A stretch of 32,000 nucleotides of DNA, taken from Vibrio cholerae ATCC 14035. GTDB taxonomy: Bacteria > Pseudomonadota > Gammaproteobacteria > Enterobacterales > Vibrionaceae. A program made the position numbers and the translations under genes. Of this stretch, positions 1 through 10,442 are shown one piece after another (position 1 is the first letter of the stretch; each line of letters begins with the position of its first letter). The stretch lies in assembly GCF_000621645.1 (NCBI RefSeq), contig NZ_JHXR01000004.1, positions 120,001 to 152,000 of the forward strand, written 5' to 3'. The notes under the pieces are model-generated. The model saw nothing but the letters and a program-made list of their open reading frames with translations. It ran no database searches and was not told the DNA's origin.

Positions 1-125
1 TGCTCCTCTGCACTCCTGTGTATGATGGGAGCTGTCTCGCCGAGTGGAGACTTCCGTAAGGGAGTGTCGTGCAAGCTCGCAGTTCCTTGTTTTTCTGAAG
101 TTTCTGACTTCCTATAGGCTCTAAT

Positions 126-1148
126 ATGGCAAGAATTAAAGATGTTGCTGAACTTGCAGGTGTGAACCGCTCTACCGTATCGAGGATCATCAATGGTGAG
201 GGGAAATTTAAAGAGGAAACGCGGCGTAAGGTTGAGCAAGCAATGGCTCAACTTAATTATCGACCGAGTGCAATAGCCCGTTCTTTGGCGACCTCCTCAT
301 CGAATATGATGGGTCTTCTAGTCACGTATTACACAGGTGGCTTTTTTGGTGAAATGATGGAACAGGTGCAAACCGAGTTGGATATGCACCATAAGTTTTT
401 GATCACAGCACAAGGCCATCACTCTGCACAAGGAGAGAGAGAGGCGATACAGCGCTTTCACGATCTGCGTTGCGATGGGTATGTTCTGCACAGCCGGTAT
501 TTATCAGACGATGATTTGCGAGCATTAGCTCAGCAGCCGACTCCCTTTGTTCTTCTCGATCGTTATGTGGCAGGTTTGGAAGAGCGCTGCATTACTTTTG
601 ACCATCGTGGAGCAAGCCAGATAGTGGTGGAGCATCTCATTCAGCAAGGCCACAGGAAAATTGCTTGTATCACCGGACCGCTACACAGACACAATAGTCG
701 TCTACGGCAGCAAGGCTATCTCGATGCCTTAGCTCAAGCGGGGATTCTCCCGAGCAAGTCACTGTGTGAAGAAGGCAATTACGGTCGCAAAAGTGGTTAT
801 TTTGCGATGCAGCAGCTATTCGCTCGCCACCCCGAGATCACGGCTGTTTTCTCGTGTAGTGAGGAGATGACGACTGGGGCGCTGCAGTATTTACATGAAC
901 AAGGTATTGCGGTGCCGGGGCGGATTTCTATCGTCAGTTTTGACAGTGTTGATTTGTGTGAGAGTCTATATCCAACGGTGACGGCGGTACATTTCCCGAT
1001 CAGCGAAATGGCACGTGCGGCGGTGCAGTCATTGATTGCGATGGTGAAACAGCAACCGACAGTCGGTCCGCAAAGCTTTCGTCCGATCTTAAAAAAGCGT
1101 CACGCCGATCAACCACTGTCGAAAATAGCTGAAAGGCAAGACTCATAA
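126..1148 (+). CDS. LacI/GalR-family transcriptional regulator
   Basis: The N-terminal HTH (MARIKDVAELAGVNRSTVSRIINGEG...YRPSAIARSLA) is typical of the LacI family. It is followed by a periplasmic-binding-protein-like sugar-binding fold. The specific effector is not identifiable. Confidence 0.85.
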   Translation: MARIKDVAELAGVNRSTVSRIINGEGKFKEETRRKVEQAMAQLNYRPSAIARSLATSSSNMMGLLVTYYTGGFFGEMMEQVQTELDMHHKFLITAQGHHSAQGEREAIQRFHDLRCDGYVLHSRYLSDDDLRALAQQPTPFVLLDRYVAGLEERCITFDHRGASQIVVEHLIQQGHRKIACITGPLHRHNSRLRQQGYLDALAQAGILPSKSLCEEGNYGRKSGYFAMQQLFARHPEITAVFSCSEEMTTGALQYLHEQGIAVPGRISIVSFDSVDLCESLYPTVTAVHFPISEMARAAVQSLIAMVKQQPTVGPQSFRPILKKRHADQPLSKIAERQDS

Positions 1149-1251
1149 ACGACCCTCAGTGATTTGAAGTTTACAGCCAACGCTAACGCTGCTGTAAGCG
1201 TTAAGTAATAGGGGAGTAAAAAGTCAGCGGGGATAAAAAGTAAGAGCGGAT

Positions 1252-1290
1252 AAAAAAGTGTCGCGAACACAATCGTGTAGGCGACACTTT
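1252..1290. terminator. Hairpin terminator shared by the convergent LacI-family gene and opgH
   Basis: Stem GTGTCGC (1258-1264) pairs with GCGACAC (1281-1287), with an inner ACAC/GTGT pairing. An A6 run precedes it (a T-tract on the minus strand, just downstream of the opgH stop) and TTTcagTTT follows it. Confidence 0.7.
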
Positions 1291-1294
1291 CAGT

Positions 1295-3460
1295 TTAGAC
1301 AGTCTGGTTCGCTAAGCTGGGCGGCAGTTTGGCTACCTGCTGGATCAGCAGGGGATTGCCAAGAACATAACTCAGTTCGACTTTGGTCAGTAGCGCCAAT
1401 AGGCTTTCCTGACTCTCCGCTTCCTGTACTTTAATGCGTGCTACCGCATCCAAAGGCTCAATCGCGGTGCCGGGTTGGCGCGACGGCAGTTTATCCATCA
1501 TCGCAATATGTAGAGCGATCAGGTTGTGATCAGCAAGTACCATGCGTGCGTTCCACACTTCCTGAAGATCCACCACATACTCGTCACGACGAGCTTGCGC
1601 AGCAAGCACAATAGCCGGTGTTTCAATTTCTTCTGGAGTCGCAAGAATGCGTTTTTGTTTAAACCAAGCTCCGATGGTGTATGACGCCGTGATCCCAGAG
1701 AGTGGTACAGAGAACCACAAACCGATTAAGGCTGGAGACATCCACGCCAGTAGGGTCCATGAGTCGAGCATCGCTGCATAACCAAGGAGTACTCCCGCTG
1801 TCATATGCCAACGGTGGCGGTACAGCAAGTCTTTGATTGGCAAGCTACCGTCATCACGTCGTTGAGGAGCCCAACCACTATCACGTCCAAACAAAATCGA
1901 CACAACCGCGCCACAGTGGATGAGCATCATGATGGGAGCGACCAGTGCAGACAGTAGGATCTCTGTCACCGCGCTGAGTATGACTCTCAGTCGTCCCCCT
2001 AAGGTACGACACATTTCACCATCAAACATCAGCAGCAGTAATCCGAAAATTTTCGGGCTAAATAGAATACCCATGGTGATGTAAAATAGTTGCAATGCGC
2101 GTGCGGAGTCCATGACCGGCCAAGTCGGGAACAGTGAAAACTGCTCGGTAAAATACTCAGGACGAATAAAGTGCGCTTGCAGTGCCAGTAACAAACCCGA
2201 CAAAATCAACAGCAGCCAAAATGGCGAAGAGAGGTAGGACATAATGCCCGTAGTCAGGTGCAAACGACTGATCCAGTGCAGACCTTTGGTGCCTATGATG
2301 CGGCTGTGTTGCAGGTTGCCTTGACACCAACGGCGATCGCGCACGGCTAAATCGATAATCGAAGGAGGGCACTCTTCAAAAGAGCCACTCAGATCCGCGG
2401 CGATGGTAACACTCCAACCTGCGCGACGAATTAAAGCAGCTTCCACGAAATCGTGACTGAGGATATGTCCACCAAAAGGCGGTCTACCAGATAAATGCGG
2501 TAGGCCAGCGGCACTCATAAAGGCTTCCGTACGAATAATCGCGTTGTGACCCCAGAAGTTACCTTCCTTTTGTACCCACCAAGCCAGACCAGTACCGACC
2601 ACTGGACCATAGATGCGAGCGGCAAACTGCTGCACACGAGCCATGAGCGTCGTGCCATTGATCAGCGCCGGAATGGTTTGAATCAATCCAGCATCTGGGT
2701 CACTTTGCATCCGTTGAGCCAATGAAATCATAGTACTTGGCTGCATCACACTATCGGCATCCAATACTAATAAGTGGTCGTACCCCGAGCCCCAACGACG
2801 GCAGAAATCGGCAATATTCCCCGCTTTGCGCGCAATGTTTTTACGACGGCGGCGGTAATAAACGTTAGCTTTACCTGCGGTTTGTTGACGCAGCAACCAG
2901 AAGGCTTGCTCTTCAGATAACGCCACTTCAGGATCGGTGGTGTCACTGAGAATAAACCAATCGAAGGCATGTCCGTGTTCAGTTTTCGCCAGAGCCAAAG
3001 CCATGGTTTCTACTGCGGCAAAGACTCGATCGGGTGCCTCGTTGTAAGTCGGCATCAAAATTGCGGTACGTGTCGTTAGGGGTTGTTCTGTATTGGGGGC
3101 AGGTTTGCGACTCGCGAGAACAAAAAATCCGGCAATCGAGCTTGAGAAGGCTAAGGCAATCCAGCAGAAGTTGATAGCAAAGAGAACCAGTACCGCGTAT
3201 TCGATAGGCGTTAGTCCACCGACCAAAAATACGCCGCGCATTTCAAAGATGGCAAAAGCAGAAATGAGTAAAGCAAAACCAACCACAAACACACGTCGCC
3301 ACGAGCAGGATTTAACCCCACCCGTTTGAATGGCGTCACGCGGAAAACCTTCACTCAGTCGTTTAAGATTTTGTTCCGGCATTTCGCCGTGTTGTTCTGG
3401 TGGCATGGCAGAGCCTCCCATTAACTGGGAGGCTCCTTGTTCAACCATTGGGTTTGTCAT
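1295..3460 (-). CDS. opgH: Glucans biosynthesis glucosyltransferase H (OpgH/MdoH)
   Basis: Strong similarity to E. coli OpgH across the GT2 core ([61 protein letters not shown]) with multiple TM segments. It lies 18 nt downstream of opgG as in the mdoGH operon. The N-terminus is shorter than in the E. coli protein. Confidence 0.9.
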   Translation of the reverse strand: MTNPMVEQGASQLMGGSAMPPEQHGEMPEQNLKRLSEGFPRDAIQTGGVKSCSWRRVFVVGFALLISAFAIFEMRGVFLVGGLTPIEYAVLVLFAINFCWIALAFSSSIAGFFVLASRKPAPNTEQPLTTRTAILMPTYNEAPDRVFAAVETMALALAKTEHGHAFDWFILSDTTDPEVALSEEQAFWLLRQQTAGKANVYYRRRRKNIARKAGNIADFCRRWGSGYDHLLVLDADSVMQPSTMISLAQRMQSDPDAGLIQTIPALINGTTLMARVQQFAARIYGPVVGTGLAWWVQKEGNFWGHNAIIRTEAFMSAAGLPHLSGRPPFGGHILSHDFVEAALIRRAGWSVTIAADLSGSFEECPPSIIDLAVRDRRWCQGNLQHSRIIGTKGLHWISRLHLTTGIMSYLSSPFWLLLILSGLLLALQAHFIRPEYFTEQFSLFPTWPVMDSARALQLFYITMGILFSPKIFGLLLLMFDGEMCRTLGGRLRVILSAVTEILLSALVAPIMMLIHCGAVVSILFGRDSGWAPQRRDDGSLPIKDLLYRHRWHMTAGVLLGYAAMLDSWTLLAWMSPALIGLWFSVPLSGITASYTIGAWFKQKRILATPEEIETPAIVLAAQARRDEYVVDLQEVWNARMVLADHNLIALHIAMMDKLPSRQPGTAIEPLDAVARIKVQEAESQESLLALLTKVELSYVLGNPLLIQQVAKLPPSLANQTV

Positions 3461-3478
3461 AAAAAATCCGAGTACTTA

Positions 3479-5116
3479 CTACAGGGTCCAACGATACAAC
3501 CAAGTTTCTACAGGACGCGCTTCTTGCAAAGTGAGCTCTGCCCGTAGTTCAGCCAGCGTCACTTCGCCTGGATCAAATTCAAATGAGAGGCGATAGCCAT
3601 TATTGGCAGGGTTATCACGCAGTACAACGTTACTGATTACCCCAGCATTGCTGCGCACTTTCGGTTCTGGCATCTGTGCAGGCTTGGCACCTTGGACTTG
3701 GTAATCAATCACGAACAAACGTTTTGGCGTTGGTTTGGCAATATCGGCACGTCCACTCGCAGTACGGCTTACAGTGATCGCTTGTGGATTCGCTTCTGGT
3801 TGCGCACCCCAGTTGAGGTGATAAGAGAAACGATATTCACTGCCTGCTGCAAGAGGTTGTGCTGGCTTCCAGAAGGCGACAATGTTGTCGTGAATTTCTG
3901 ATTGAGTTGGAATTTCTGTCAACACGACAGCACCAGGACCCCAGTTACCGACCGGTTCAACCCACAGACTTGGACGTTTTTCGTAATGGGCTTCCAAATC
4001 TTGGTAGTTGGCGTAATCGCGCTCACGCTGCATCAAACCAAAGCCTTGCGGTGAGTTGTCCATAAAGGCGCTCACTTGCAGTGTGCTAGGGTTAGCCAAT
4101 GGACGCCACAAACGTTCACCACGTCCGTTGATCATCAATAAACCATCAGAATCATGCACAGAAGGACGGAAATCATCGGTCTTCTCACGGCCATTTGGCG
4201 AATGCATGAACATACTGGTTGCCGGAGCTAGACCAACTTTGCTTAACTCCACGCGTGGGAAGAGTACCGCCTCAACGTCCATACGAGTATTTTCTCCTGG
4301 ACGAATAGAGAAACGATACGCACCAGACACGCTTGGGCTATCCAGTAGGGCATGGACCACAATCAAGTTGGTGTCGTAGTTTGGTTTTTCCACCCAGAAG
4401 GCACGGAAAATAGGGAACTCTTCACCCGCTGGATCGGCAGTTTTGATGGCCAAGCCACGCGCAGACAAGCCATACGCATTGCCTTTACCCAGAGCACGGA
4501 AGTAGCTTGCTCCTTGGAATACAAACAGTTCATCAAAATAGGATGGGCTGTTGAGAGGGTAATGCACACGAAGACCACTATAACCAATATCTTCAGTCGG
4601 CAGGTTCTGTTGTAGAACTTCGCCAGCGGTGAACATATTGGGGTCGTAACTTAGGTGAGTGGCTTGGTTGCCTTCAACAAGTGCAATTTCAATCAGATCT
4701 TGGAAGAAGAAACCGCGATGGAATAGTTGCATTTGATATGGTAGGCCATCTGCTTTCCACACTGCACTGTCGGGTTTAAAACGAATATCGCGGTACTCAT
4801 CATAACTGATATTGGCCAAACTCTCTGGTAGCGGATCTTTTAAGGCAACATAAGGCTTTTTCGCCAGTTGGCGAGCTAGGCGAACAACGGTGTCGTTATC
4901 AAACGATCCCGTTTTGGCAAAGCGAACCACATTTTTAACTTCGCCAGCTTTTGTTGGCTTAGTAGACTCTGAATTCACTGGAGAAGAGGCATTAGTATTT
5001 TTAATGTCTGTAGCAAAACCATTATCAGACATCAGCAAAGAAGCCCCAAACAGCAGGGAGAAAAGTACAATCAGTTTTTGCGCATGACGTTGCACGGCGC
5101 TGGACACACGAATCAT
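3479..5116 (-). CDS. opgG: Glucans biosynthesis protein G (OpgG/MdoG), periplasmic
   Basis: Collinear with E. coli OpgG (GASYFRALG...[10 protein letters not shown], FPx[21 protein letters not shown]). I chose ATG at 5116 (MIRVSS..., Sec-type signal peptide ending FA-TD) over the ORF-track TTG at 5137. Neither start has a clear SD. Confidence 0.88.
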   Translation of the reverse strand: MIRVSSAVQRHAQKLIVLFSLLFGASLLMSDNGFATDIKNTNASSPVNSESTKPTKAGEVKNVVRFAKTGSFDNDTVVRLARQLAKKPYVALKDPLPESLANISYDEYRDIRFKPDSAVWKADGLPYQMQLFHRGFFFQDLIEIALVEGNQATHLSYDPNMFTAGEVLQQNLPTEDIGYSGLRVHYPLNSPSYFDELFVFQGASYFRALGKGNAYGLSARGLAIKTADPAGEEFPIFRAFWVEKPNYDTNLIVVHALLDSPSVSGAYRFSIRPGENTRMDVEAVLFPRVELSKVGLAPATSMFMHSPNGREKTDDFRPSVHDSDGLLMINGRGERLWRPLANPSTLQVSAFMDNSPQGFGLMQRERDYANYQDLEAHYEKRPSLWVEPVGNWGPGAVVLTEIPTQSEIHDNIVAFWKPAQPLAAGSEYRFSYHLNWGAQPEANPQAITVSRTASGRADIAKPTPKRLFVIDYQVQGAKPAQMPEPKVRSNAGVISNVVLRDNPANNGYRLSFEFDPGEVTLAELRAELTLQEARPVETWLYRWTL

Positions 5117-5520
5117 ATAGAAATGAACCGATAACAAAGTGAAATACGAAGATAGCTTAAGAGTTTACTGCAATTTTGCTGACCGGACGGTATCGCAGGA
5201 AATTGCAGGTCTCATTAAGCGCGAAAGATAGCAGAACTGTAAAAAAATGCACAACATATGTTGTTGAGAACTGTCTTTATCAGATATTTTCTATTCATAA
5301 GCTTATATCCTTTAGTTATATGTGATTTTGGAAGGCAAATCACGTTGTGTGAGAGCAAAAAGTTTGGCATAAGCCAGTAATTTGTCGTTTAAGACCTTAT
5401 AACATAAAAGGTTAATTCTGGTCTGTGACAAGTTGTGAGAAAAAATGACAAAACGAGTGCGCTTTAATCGAATAGTGTTTACTATCGTGACTCCTTCGTT
5501 CCAACCTTTTGTTTGACATA

Positions 5521-7410
5521 ATGAAATTAACACTAAAACACAAACTGATTGGCGCAAGTTTATCGGCAGTGGTGGTGATGGCGACGGCATTGACTTGGTT
5601 TTCCGCCAGTCAATTGCAACAGCAAACCAGCAATGCGGTTTATACTCGTGCTGACGCAATTTCTTCGACCGCTGCTAAAGGCATCTCAGATTGGATTTCT
5701 ATCCGTAAATCAATTAGTACTGCGTTTAATGCTCACATTGAAGCACAAGATGTTGTCCCTTATCTGCAACAAGCGCGCAATGCGGGTGGTTTTGACGATA
5801 TTTTTTACGGTACGACTGATGGCGCGATGTACCGCTCACATCCAGAGCGTAATCGTGCGGATTACGATCCACGTACGCGCCCTTGGTATAAAGATGCAGC
5901 CAGTGCGGGTAAGCAGATCATCACCACCGCATACAGTGATGCGATAACCGGCGCACTGCTTGTGACGATTGCAGAACCTGTTCGCCTTAACGGTAATATG
6001 AGTGGTGTGGTTGGCGCAGATGTCCTCATTGATCAGCTGATTGCGGACGTGATCAGCATGGACGCAGGAAAAAATGCACAAACCATGTTGATTGATGGCC
6101 AAAACGGTTCGTTTCTAGCACATCCAGATAAATCCTTGCTACTGAAGCCTGTGACGACGCTCTCTTCTGCTTTGGACATGCGCACTATCGAGCGTGCTGC
6201 GAATCAAGGTGAGTTGCTTGCGCTTAAACTGAATGGCGTGGAGAAGTTCTTCTTTTTCACTGCGGTACCCGATACACCTTGGTATTTCGCAGTACAGATG
6301 GACAGTGATACCGAATACGCCTCTCATTCTGAGTTATTAACAGGCCTTATCACTACTGCGTTACTGATCACTGTGATTGTGATTGTGGTTGTGATTGTCT
6401 CTTGGCTCGTTAGCTTCTTGTTCCGTGATTTGGGTCGTGTATCGAAAGCGCTGGAGGAAATTGCCTCTGGTGATGCCGATTTGACACAACGTTTAGAACC
6501 TCGCAGTGATGATGAAGTCGGACAACTGGCAAGCAACTTCAATACCTTTGTGAGCAACATGCACACCATGGTACTCAAGTTAAGCCATGTTTCAGCCGCA
6601 TTGGCGCAGCAGTCGAAAGTGACGGCGGCACAAGCGGAAGAGCGCAGTAGCCGAATTCGCTTGCAACAAGACGAAATCAATATGGTGGCTACCGCAATTA
6701 ATGAGATGGCTGCTGCCACTCAAGAAATTGCGGGTAATGCGGATCACACGGCGCAAAACGCAGGTGAAGCCGTGACGGCGTGTGTCCATGGCGCGGGTCA
6801 AGTCACTCAAACGCAGCGTTCGATTCAATCTTTGGCTGAAGAAGTACAAGTCGCGACCGAAGTTATTCAAGAGCTGGAAGCACATGGTCACCAAATCAGT
6901 ACGATTCTGTCGACGATTCAGAACATCGCTGAACAGACCAACCTACTGGCGCTGAATGCGGCCATTGAAGCTGCCCGTGCGGGTGAGCAAGGACGTGGTT
7001 TTGCTGTCGTGGCTGATGAAGTTCGTGTGTTGAGTCAACGTACCCACGCGTCGACCAAAGAAATCCAGCAGATGATTGAAACGCTGCAAGCCACCACAGG
7101 TAAAGCGGTAGGTATTATGGACGACAGTCGTCGCCTCGCGGACACCAGTGTTGATGATGCGAATGAAGCTTCGGTTAGCTTGGAGCAGATCCATAAAACT
7201 GTAGAACGTATCAGTGATATGGCGACGCAAATTGCGTCAGCGGCTGAAGAGCAAGCTTCTGTGACTTCGGAGATCACTCGCAATACCGTAGGTATTCGTG
7301 ATGTTTCAAATGATCTCGCGCAAGAAGCTCACTCCGCTGCTGAACAAGCTGCAGAGTTGTCTGAACTGTCTCATGAGTTAGAACAAGAGATCCGTCGTTT
7401 TAAACTGTAA
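5521..7410 (+). CDS. Methyl-accepting chemotaxis protein with a dCache-type periplasmic sensor and HAMP domain
   Basis: Two TM segments flank a ~250-aa periplasmic domain carrying the Cache hallmark [13 protein letters not shown] follows, then the conserved MCP hairpin tip [35 protein letters not shown] at 5521 is preferred over TTG at 5509. Confidence 0.9.
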   Translation: MKLTLKHKLIGASLSAVVVMATALTWFSASQLQQQTSNAVYTRADAISSTAAKGISDWISIRKSISTAFNAHIEAQDVVPYLQQARNAGGFDDIFYGTTDGAMYRSHPERNRADYDPRTRPWYKDAASAGKQIITTAYSDAITGALLVTIAEPVRLNGNMSGVVGADVLIDQLIADVISMDAGKNAQTMLIDGQNGSFLAHPDKSLLLKPVTTLSSALDMRTIERAANQGELLALKLNGVEKFFFFTAVPDTPWYFAVQMDSDTEYASHSELLTGLITTALLITVIVIVVVIVSWLVSFLFRDLGRVSKALEEIASGDADLTQRLEPRSDDEVGQLASNFNTFVSNMHTMVLKLSHVSAALAQQSKVTAAQAEERSSRIRLQQDEINMVATAINEMAAATQEIAGNADHTAQNAGEAVTACVHGAGQVTQTQRSIQSLAEEVQVATEVIQELEAHGHQISTILSTIQNIAEQTNLLALNAAIEAARAGEQGRGFAVVADEVRVLSQRTHASTKEIQQMIETLQATTGKAVGIMDDSRRLADTSVDDANEASVSLEQIHKTVERISDMATQIASAAEEQASVTSEITRNTVGIRDVSNDLAQEAHSAAEQAAELSELSHELEQEIRRFKL

Positions 7411-7436
7411 TGACGTCACTGACAAAGTCAGAGTAA

Positions 7437-7460
7437 GGAGCGCTTGATGCGCTCCTTTTT
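7437..7460 (+). terminator. Rho-independent terminator of the MCP gene
   Basis: GGAGCGC-ttgat-GCGCTCC followed by TTTTT, 27 nt after the stop codon. Confidence 0.8.
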
Positions 7461-7541
7461 CGTTCTTATGTATCTCGTCGTTTCGAGTTTCGATTCGCGG
7501 TCAAAGACCTATATAGGGCTCTTAGCCACAGAGCACAGAGC

Positions 7542-8252
7542 CTAAAGCCACAAAGACTGAATAGCGGTGTGGGGTGGGAGATGGTGCGCGCACTGCGCTT
7601 GAAAAAGTTCTGCGGTCGCAATGGCATCCGTCAGCGCATGGTGAGGTGAGTAGGGCGGTAAGTGATAACGCATCCGTGATTGCCCAAGGCGTATTGAGGG
7701 TAAAGGTCGACGTGCAATCCGTTGCCACAGCGAGCGTTGCTTATCCAGTAACTGACGTTCAATTTCTAATGTATCCAACACGGGAAACTCGATCGCCTCG
7801 CCCCATATATTCAGGCTAATCTGGCGCAAAAAATCACGTTCAATATGCCTAAAGTGTACGACGACAATCTTGCCGTGCAGCGCCTCGAGTAATTCCTTCA
7901 ACACCTGTTCTGGAGCTTGCGCATGCTGCAACTCGGAGTGCGTGATCCCATGGAACACTATCGACTCATCTTCAAGCGGTTGAGAGGGTTTTACTAACCA
8001 ATACCGAGCTTGACTAAGAAAAATCCGTTGAGTAGTAAAAGGCACTAAACCGATACTCACAATGGCATCTTGCTCGGCATTCAGTCCCGTTGTTTCAAAA
8101 TCGAGGGCAACCAGTGAGCACTGATGAATCGGTGTTGAGCCTTCAACCAGAGGTTGAGCATAAAAGCGCTGTAAATGGGTTTGCCGAGCCTGCTGGGCTA
8201 AGTGAGCAAATCGAGCGGGCCAGTAAATCGCAGAATCGAACATGGCGCTCAC
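7542..8252 (-). CDS. DnaQ-like DEDDh 3'-5' exonuclease (DNA pol III epsilon-like domain protein)
   Basis: Exo I motif is LVALDFETTGL. An Exo II-like region is VVHFRHIERDFL. Exo III is HHALTDAIATAELF (H-x4-D). The GTG start at 8252 overlaps the upstream stop as GTGA; an alternative ATG lies at 8243. Confidence 0.8.
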   Translation of the reverse strand: MSAMFDSAIYWPARFAHLAQQARQTHLQRFYAQPLVEGSTPIHQCSLVALDFETTGLNAEQDAIVSIGLVPFTTQRIFLSQARYWLVKPSQPLEDESIVFHGITHSELQHAQAPEQVLKELLEALHGKIVVVHFRHIERDFLRQISLNIWGEAIEFPVLDTLEIERQLLDKQRSLWQRIARRPLPSIRLGQSRMRYHLPPYSPHHALTDAIATAELFQAQCAHHLPPHTAIQSLWL

Positions 8253-10138
8253 TTAAAATGTTGGTTGGCTTGGTAACGATACTTAAGATAATTCTGTCCG
8301 TTACTGAGGATCTGAAACGCATCTTTTAAGTTGCGTCGTTCAAAGTCCGAAAGATGTTCCGGCTCGATACTGTTGTCGGCCTCACGCTCTTGTTCAACAT
8401 CAATCGCTTGATGGCGAATCCGCACCATAGCGATGAATTCCAAGGCATCACGCAGATCTTTGCCTTTACCTTGTGGGAGCAATCCTGCTTCAATTACATC
8501 ATCTAAACGTTCAAACGAGTTTTTAGCGCGTGAACCTGCGGCGAGGGCATGTACGCGGATCAAATCTGCCAGTGGTGCTGTCCCGCGACGTTTCAAATTG
8601 ATGGAGTTGTTATGGCGTCCATCTTTTTCCATCACGAAATTCTTAAAAAAGCCCAGTGGCGGCGTGCGATTGAGCGCATTACGCGCCAAACAGGCTAAAA
8701 ATCGCTGATTGCGTCTGGCGCGGCGTACGATAAAACCAGACAGTTGCTCGGCCCATTTGGTGCGGCCATAGACACCATCGAGATCAAAAAAAATCGACGC
8801 ATTGAGCAGAGCTTGCGGGTTGGGATTATCAATCCAGTCAGCAAAGCAGGTTTCCCATTCTTTGCGAGTCATGCGCCATTTCGGATTGCTAGCCATGATC
8901 TCACCATCACACAATGGGTATCCGCAGCGGTCTAATCCCCTACACACCAACTCAGCAAATTGAGCAAAATAAGCACCATGCTGCTGCACATCGTAGCGAT
9001 CATCTAAAATCAGAGCATTATCTTGATCGGTCACAATCAACAGTTCATCGCGTCCCATCGAACCAAAGGCGACAAAACAGTAGGGTAGTGGCGCAGCACC
9101 CAACTCGGCCTCGACTAATTCAATGATGCGCTGCGTGAAAGCGCGGCCAATGGTCGACATCGCAGTACCAATCATGTGTGAATTGGCGTCTTCGTTAACT
9201 AAACGTACGAAGCTTGCTTTGACTTCATTGGCGAGTTGAGCCAAATCATCAATACAAGTTTGCTGGTAGATACGACTGACTAAAAGCAATGAGTTTTGCG
9301 ACTCATGGCGTACGATGTCGGTCATGTCGATGATACCAATCGGCTGCCTTTCTCTTAATACAGGGAGGTGGTGAACGTTATTGCGTAGCATGGCGAGCAT
9401 GGCTTCATAGACGTAAGCGTTATGATCCAGCGAGATGACCTCATGAGTCATGACTTGGCTGACGGTCTGTGTGACATCCATACCTTGCGCCAAGACGCGT
9501 CGGCAGAGGTCTCGTTCCGTGACAATGCCGACCATGGGCGTTGAGTCATCTTCCGTATCAAGCAGGATCTGGTTATCGAGGATCAGCAGCGCAGAGACAT
9601 TTTCATCTGCCATGCGCTGTGCCGCCTGTTGAATAGAGGCTTGTTTGTCTATCGTTGGTGCTGAACGGGTTAACAGCTGTTTGACTTTGCTGGTGATAAG
9701 ATCATTTTGTTCTTTTTGTTTAGCAACGGTTTGACGCAAGCGTACGGCTTGCTCTACTTCAACAAAATCGGCAAAACTATCAAACTCTTGGTGTAAACGG
9801 TGAAAGAGCGCTTCAGGCAAACAGTACAGCAGCGTATCTTCAATTGCAGTGACCGCAAAAGACACTTGGTTACGCGTTAATAACCCCATTTGTCCAAATA
9901 GACTGCCTTCCGTCAGTCGATTGTACAGCTCACCATGACGTCGATAGACTTCGACCGCCCCACTACGAACCAAATATAAATCACTGATGGCTTGTTTATA
10001 GCCAATAATCGGTGTGTCTTTACGAAAGTAGGCAATTTCAATTTGTTGAGCGATTTCAGGCAGTCGTTCGTTGGGTAAGGCATCAAAAGGCGGATGCTGT
10101 TGCAGGAATTGTTGAATCTCGATTAACTCGGCGTCCAT
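8249..10138 (-). CDS. Signal-transduction protein with cNMP-binding, tandem CBS and DUF294-type nucleotidyltransferase domains
   Basis: The N-terminal cyclic-nucleotide-binding fold is LVRSGAVEVY...GSLFGQMGLL. Two CBS repeats follow. The pol-beta-type NTase motif is FGSMGRDELLIVTDQDNALI, followed by a C-terminal helical substrate-binding region. ATG at 10138 has GGAG 6 nt upstream and is preferred over ATG at 10162. Confidence 0.8.
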   Translation of the reverse strand: MDAELIEIQQFLQQHPPFDALPNERLPEIAQQIEIAYFRKDTPIIGYKQAISDLYLVRSGAVEVYRRHGELYNRLTEGSLFGQMGLLTRNQVSFAVTAIEDTLLYCLPEALFHRLHQEFDSFADFVEVEQAVRLRQTVAKQKEQNDLITSKVKQLLTRSAPTIDKQASIQQAAQRMADENVSALLILDNQILLDTEDDSTPMVGIVTERDLCRRVLAQGMDVTQTVSQVMTHEVISLDHNAYVYEAMLAMLRNNVHHLPVLRERQPIGIIDMTDIVRHESQNSLLLVSRIYQQTCIDDLAQLANEVKASFVRLVNEDANSHMIGTAMSTIGRAFTQRIIELVEAELGAAPLPYCFVAFGSMGRDELLIVTDQDNALILDDRYDVQQHGAYFAQFAELVCRGLDRCGYPLCDGEIMASNPKWRMTRKEWETCFADWIDNPNPQALLNASIFFDLDGVYGRTKWAEQLSGFIVRRARRNQRFLACLARNALNRTPPLGFFKNFVMEKDGRHNNSINLKRRGTAPLADLIRVHALAAGSRAKNSFERLDDVIEAGLLPQGKGKDLRDALEFIAMVRIRHQAIDVEQEREADNSIEPEHLSDFERRNLKDAFQILSNGQNYLKYRYQANQHFK

Positions 10139-10262
10139 GGAGGCTCCTATCGTTACAAACATGCGTTAGGCAATGTTTTTGGCGGTATGGCAGACCATAC
10201 TACCTCAATTTATTGCCTTAGGGCTAATCGGAGCACGCAGAGATAGGGAAAGGAGTCTATCT

Positions 10263-10377
10263 ATACCCTTCCTACTTGATGCTGCAGCGGTGTTGGCTAC
10301 GTTCGTTTACCTGTATCTATGCTCATGGGGATGAACTCACTTGCCGCCTACCTGCAACTCCAAGTAGTTTGGGTATA
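10263..10377 (+). repeat. ERIC/IRU-like hairpin element, 115-bp copy with a 12-bp net shorter central region
   Basis: Termini are TATACCC...GGGTATA. It is near-identical to the copies at 13704 and 18214, except that CACCCCAATCACATAGTT is replaced by TACCTG. It lies between the aspC terminator and the DUF294 gene start. Confidence 0.85.
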
Positions 10378-10384
10378 TGAACAG

Positions 10385-10419
10385 TAAAAAAACAAAAACC
10401 GGCCATATTCCAGCCGGTT
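10385..10419 (-). terminator. Rho-independent terminator of aspC
   Basis: On the minus strand, AACCGGC-tggaatatg-GCCGGTT is followed by TTTTGTTTTTTT, about 23 nt after the aspC stop. Confidence 0.8.
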
Positions 10420-10442
10420 TAAGAGAGTCATTGACGATGCGA

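Noticed and set aside
1150-1215. A possible eighth, heavily decayed mini ERIC (ACCCTCAGTGATTTGAAGTTTACAG ... CTGTAAGCGTTAAGTAATAGGGG) just after the LacI-family stop.
   Set aside because: Similarity to the family ends is only about 60-65% by eye over short stretches and lacks the TATA termini. That is too weak to call without a profile search.
5312-5659. A 115-aa minus-strand ORF spanning the opgG/MCP intergenic region.
   Set aside because: It runs antisense through the MCP start. It lies in AT-rich promoter DNA, has no SD and shows no family resemblance.
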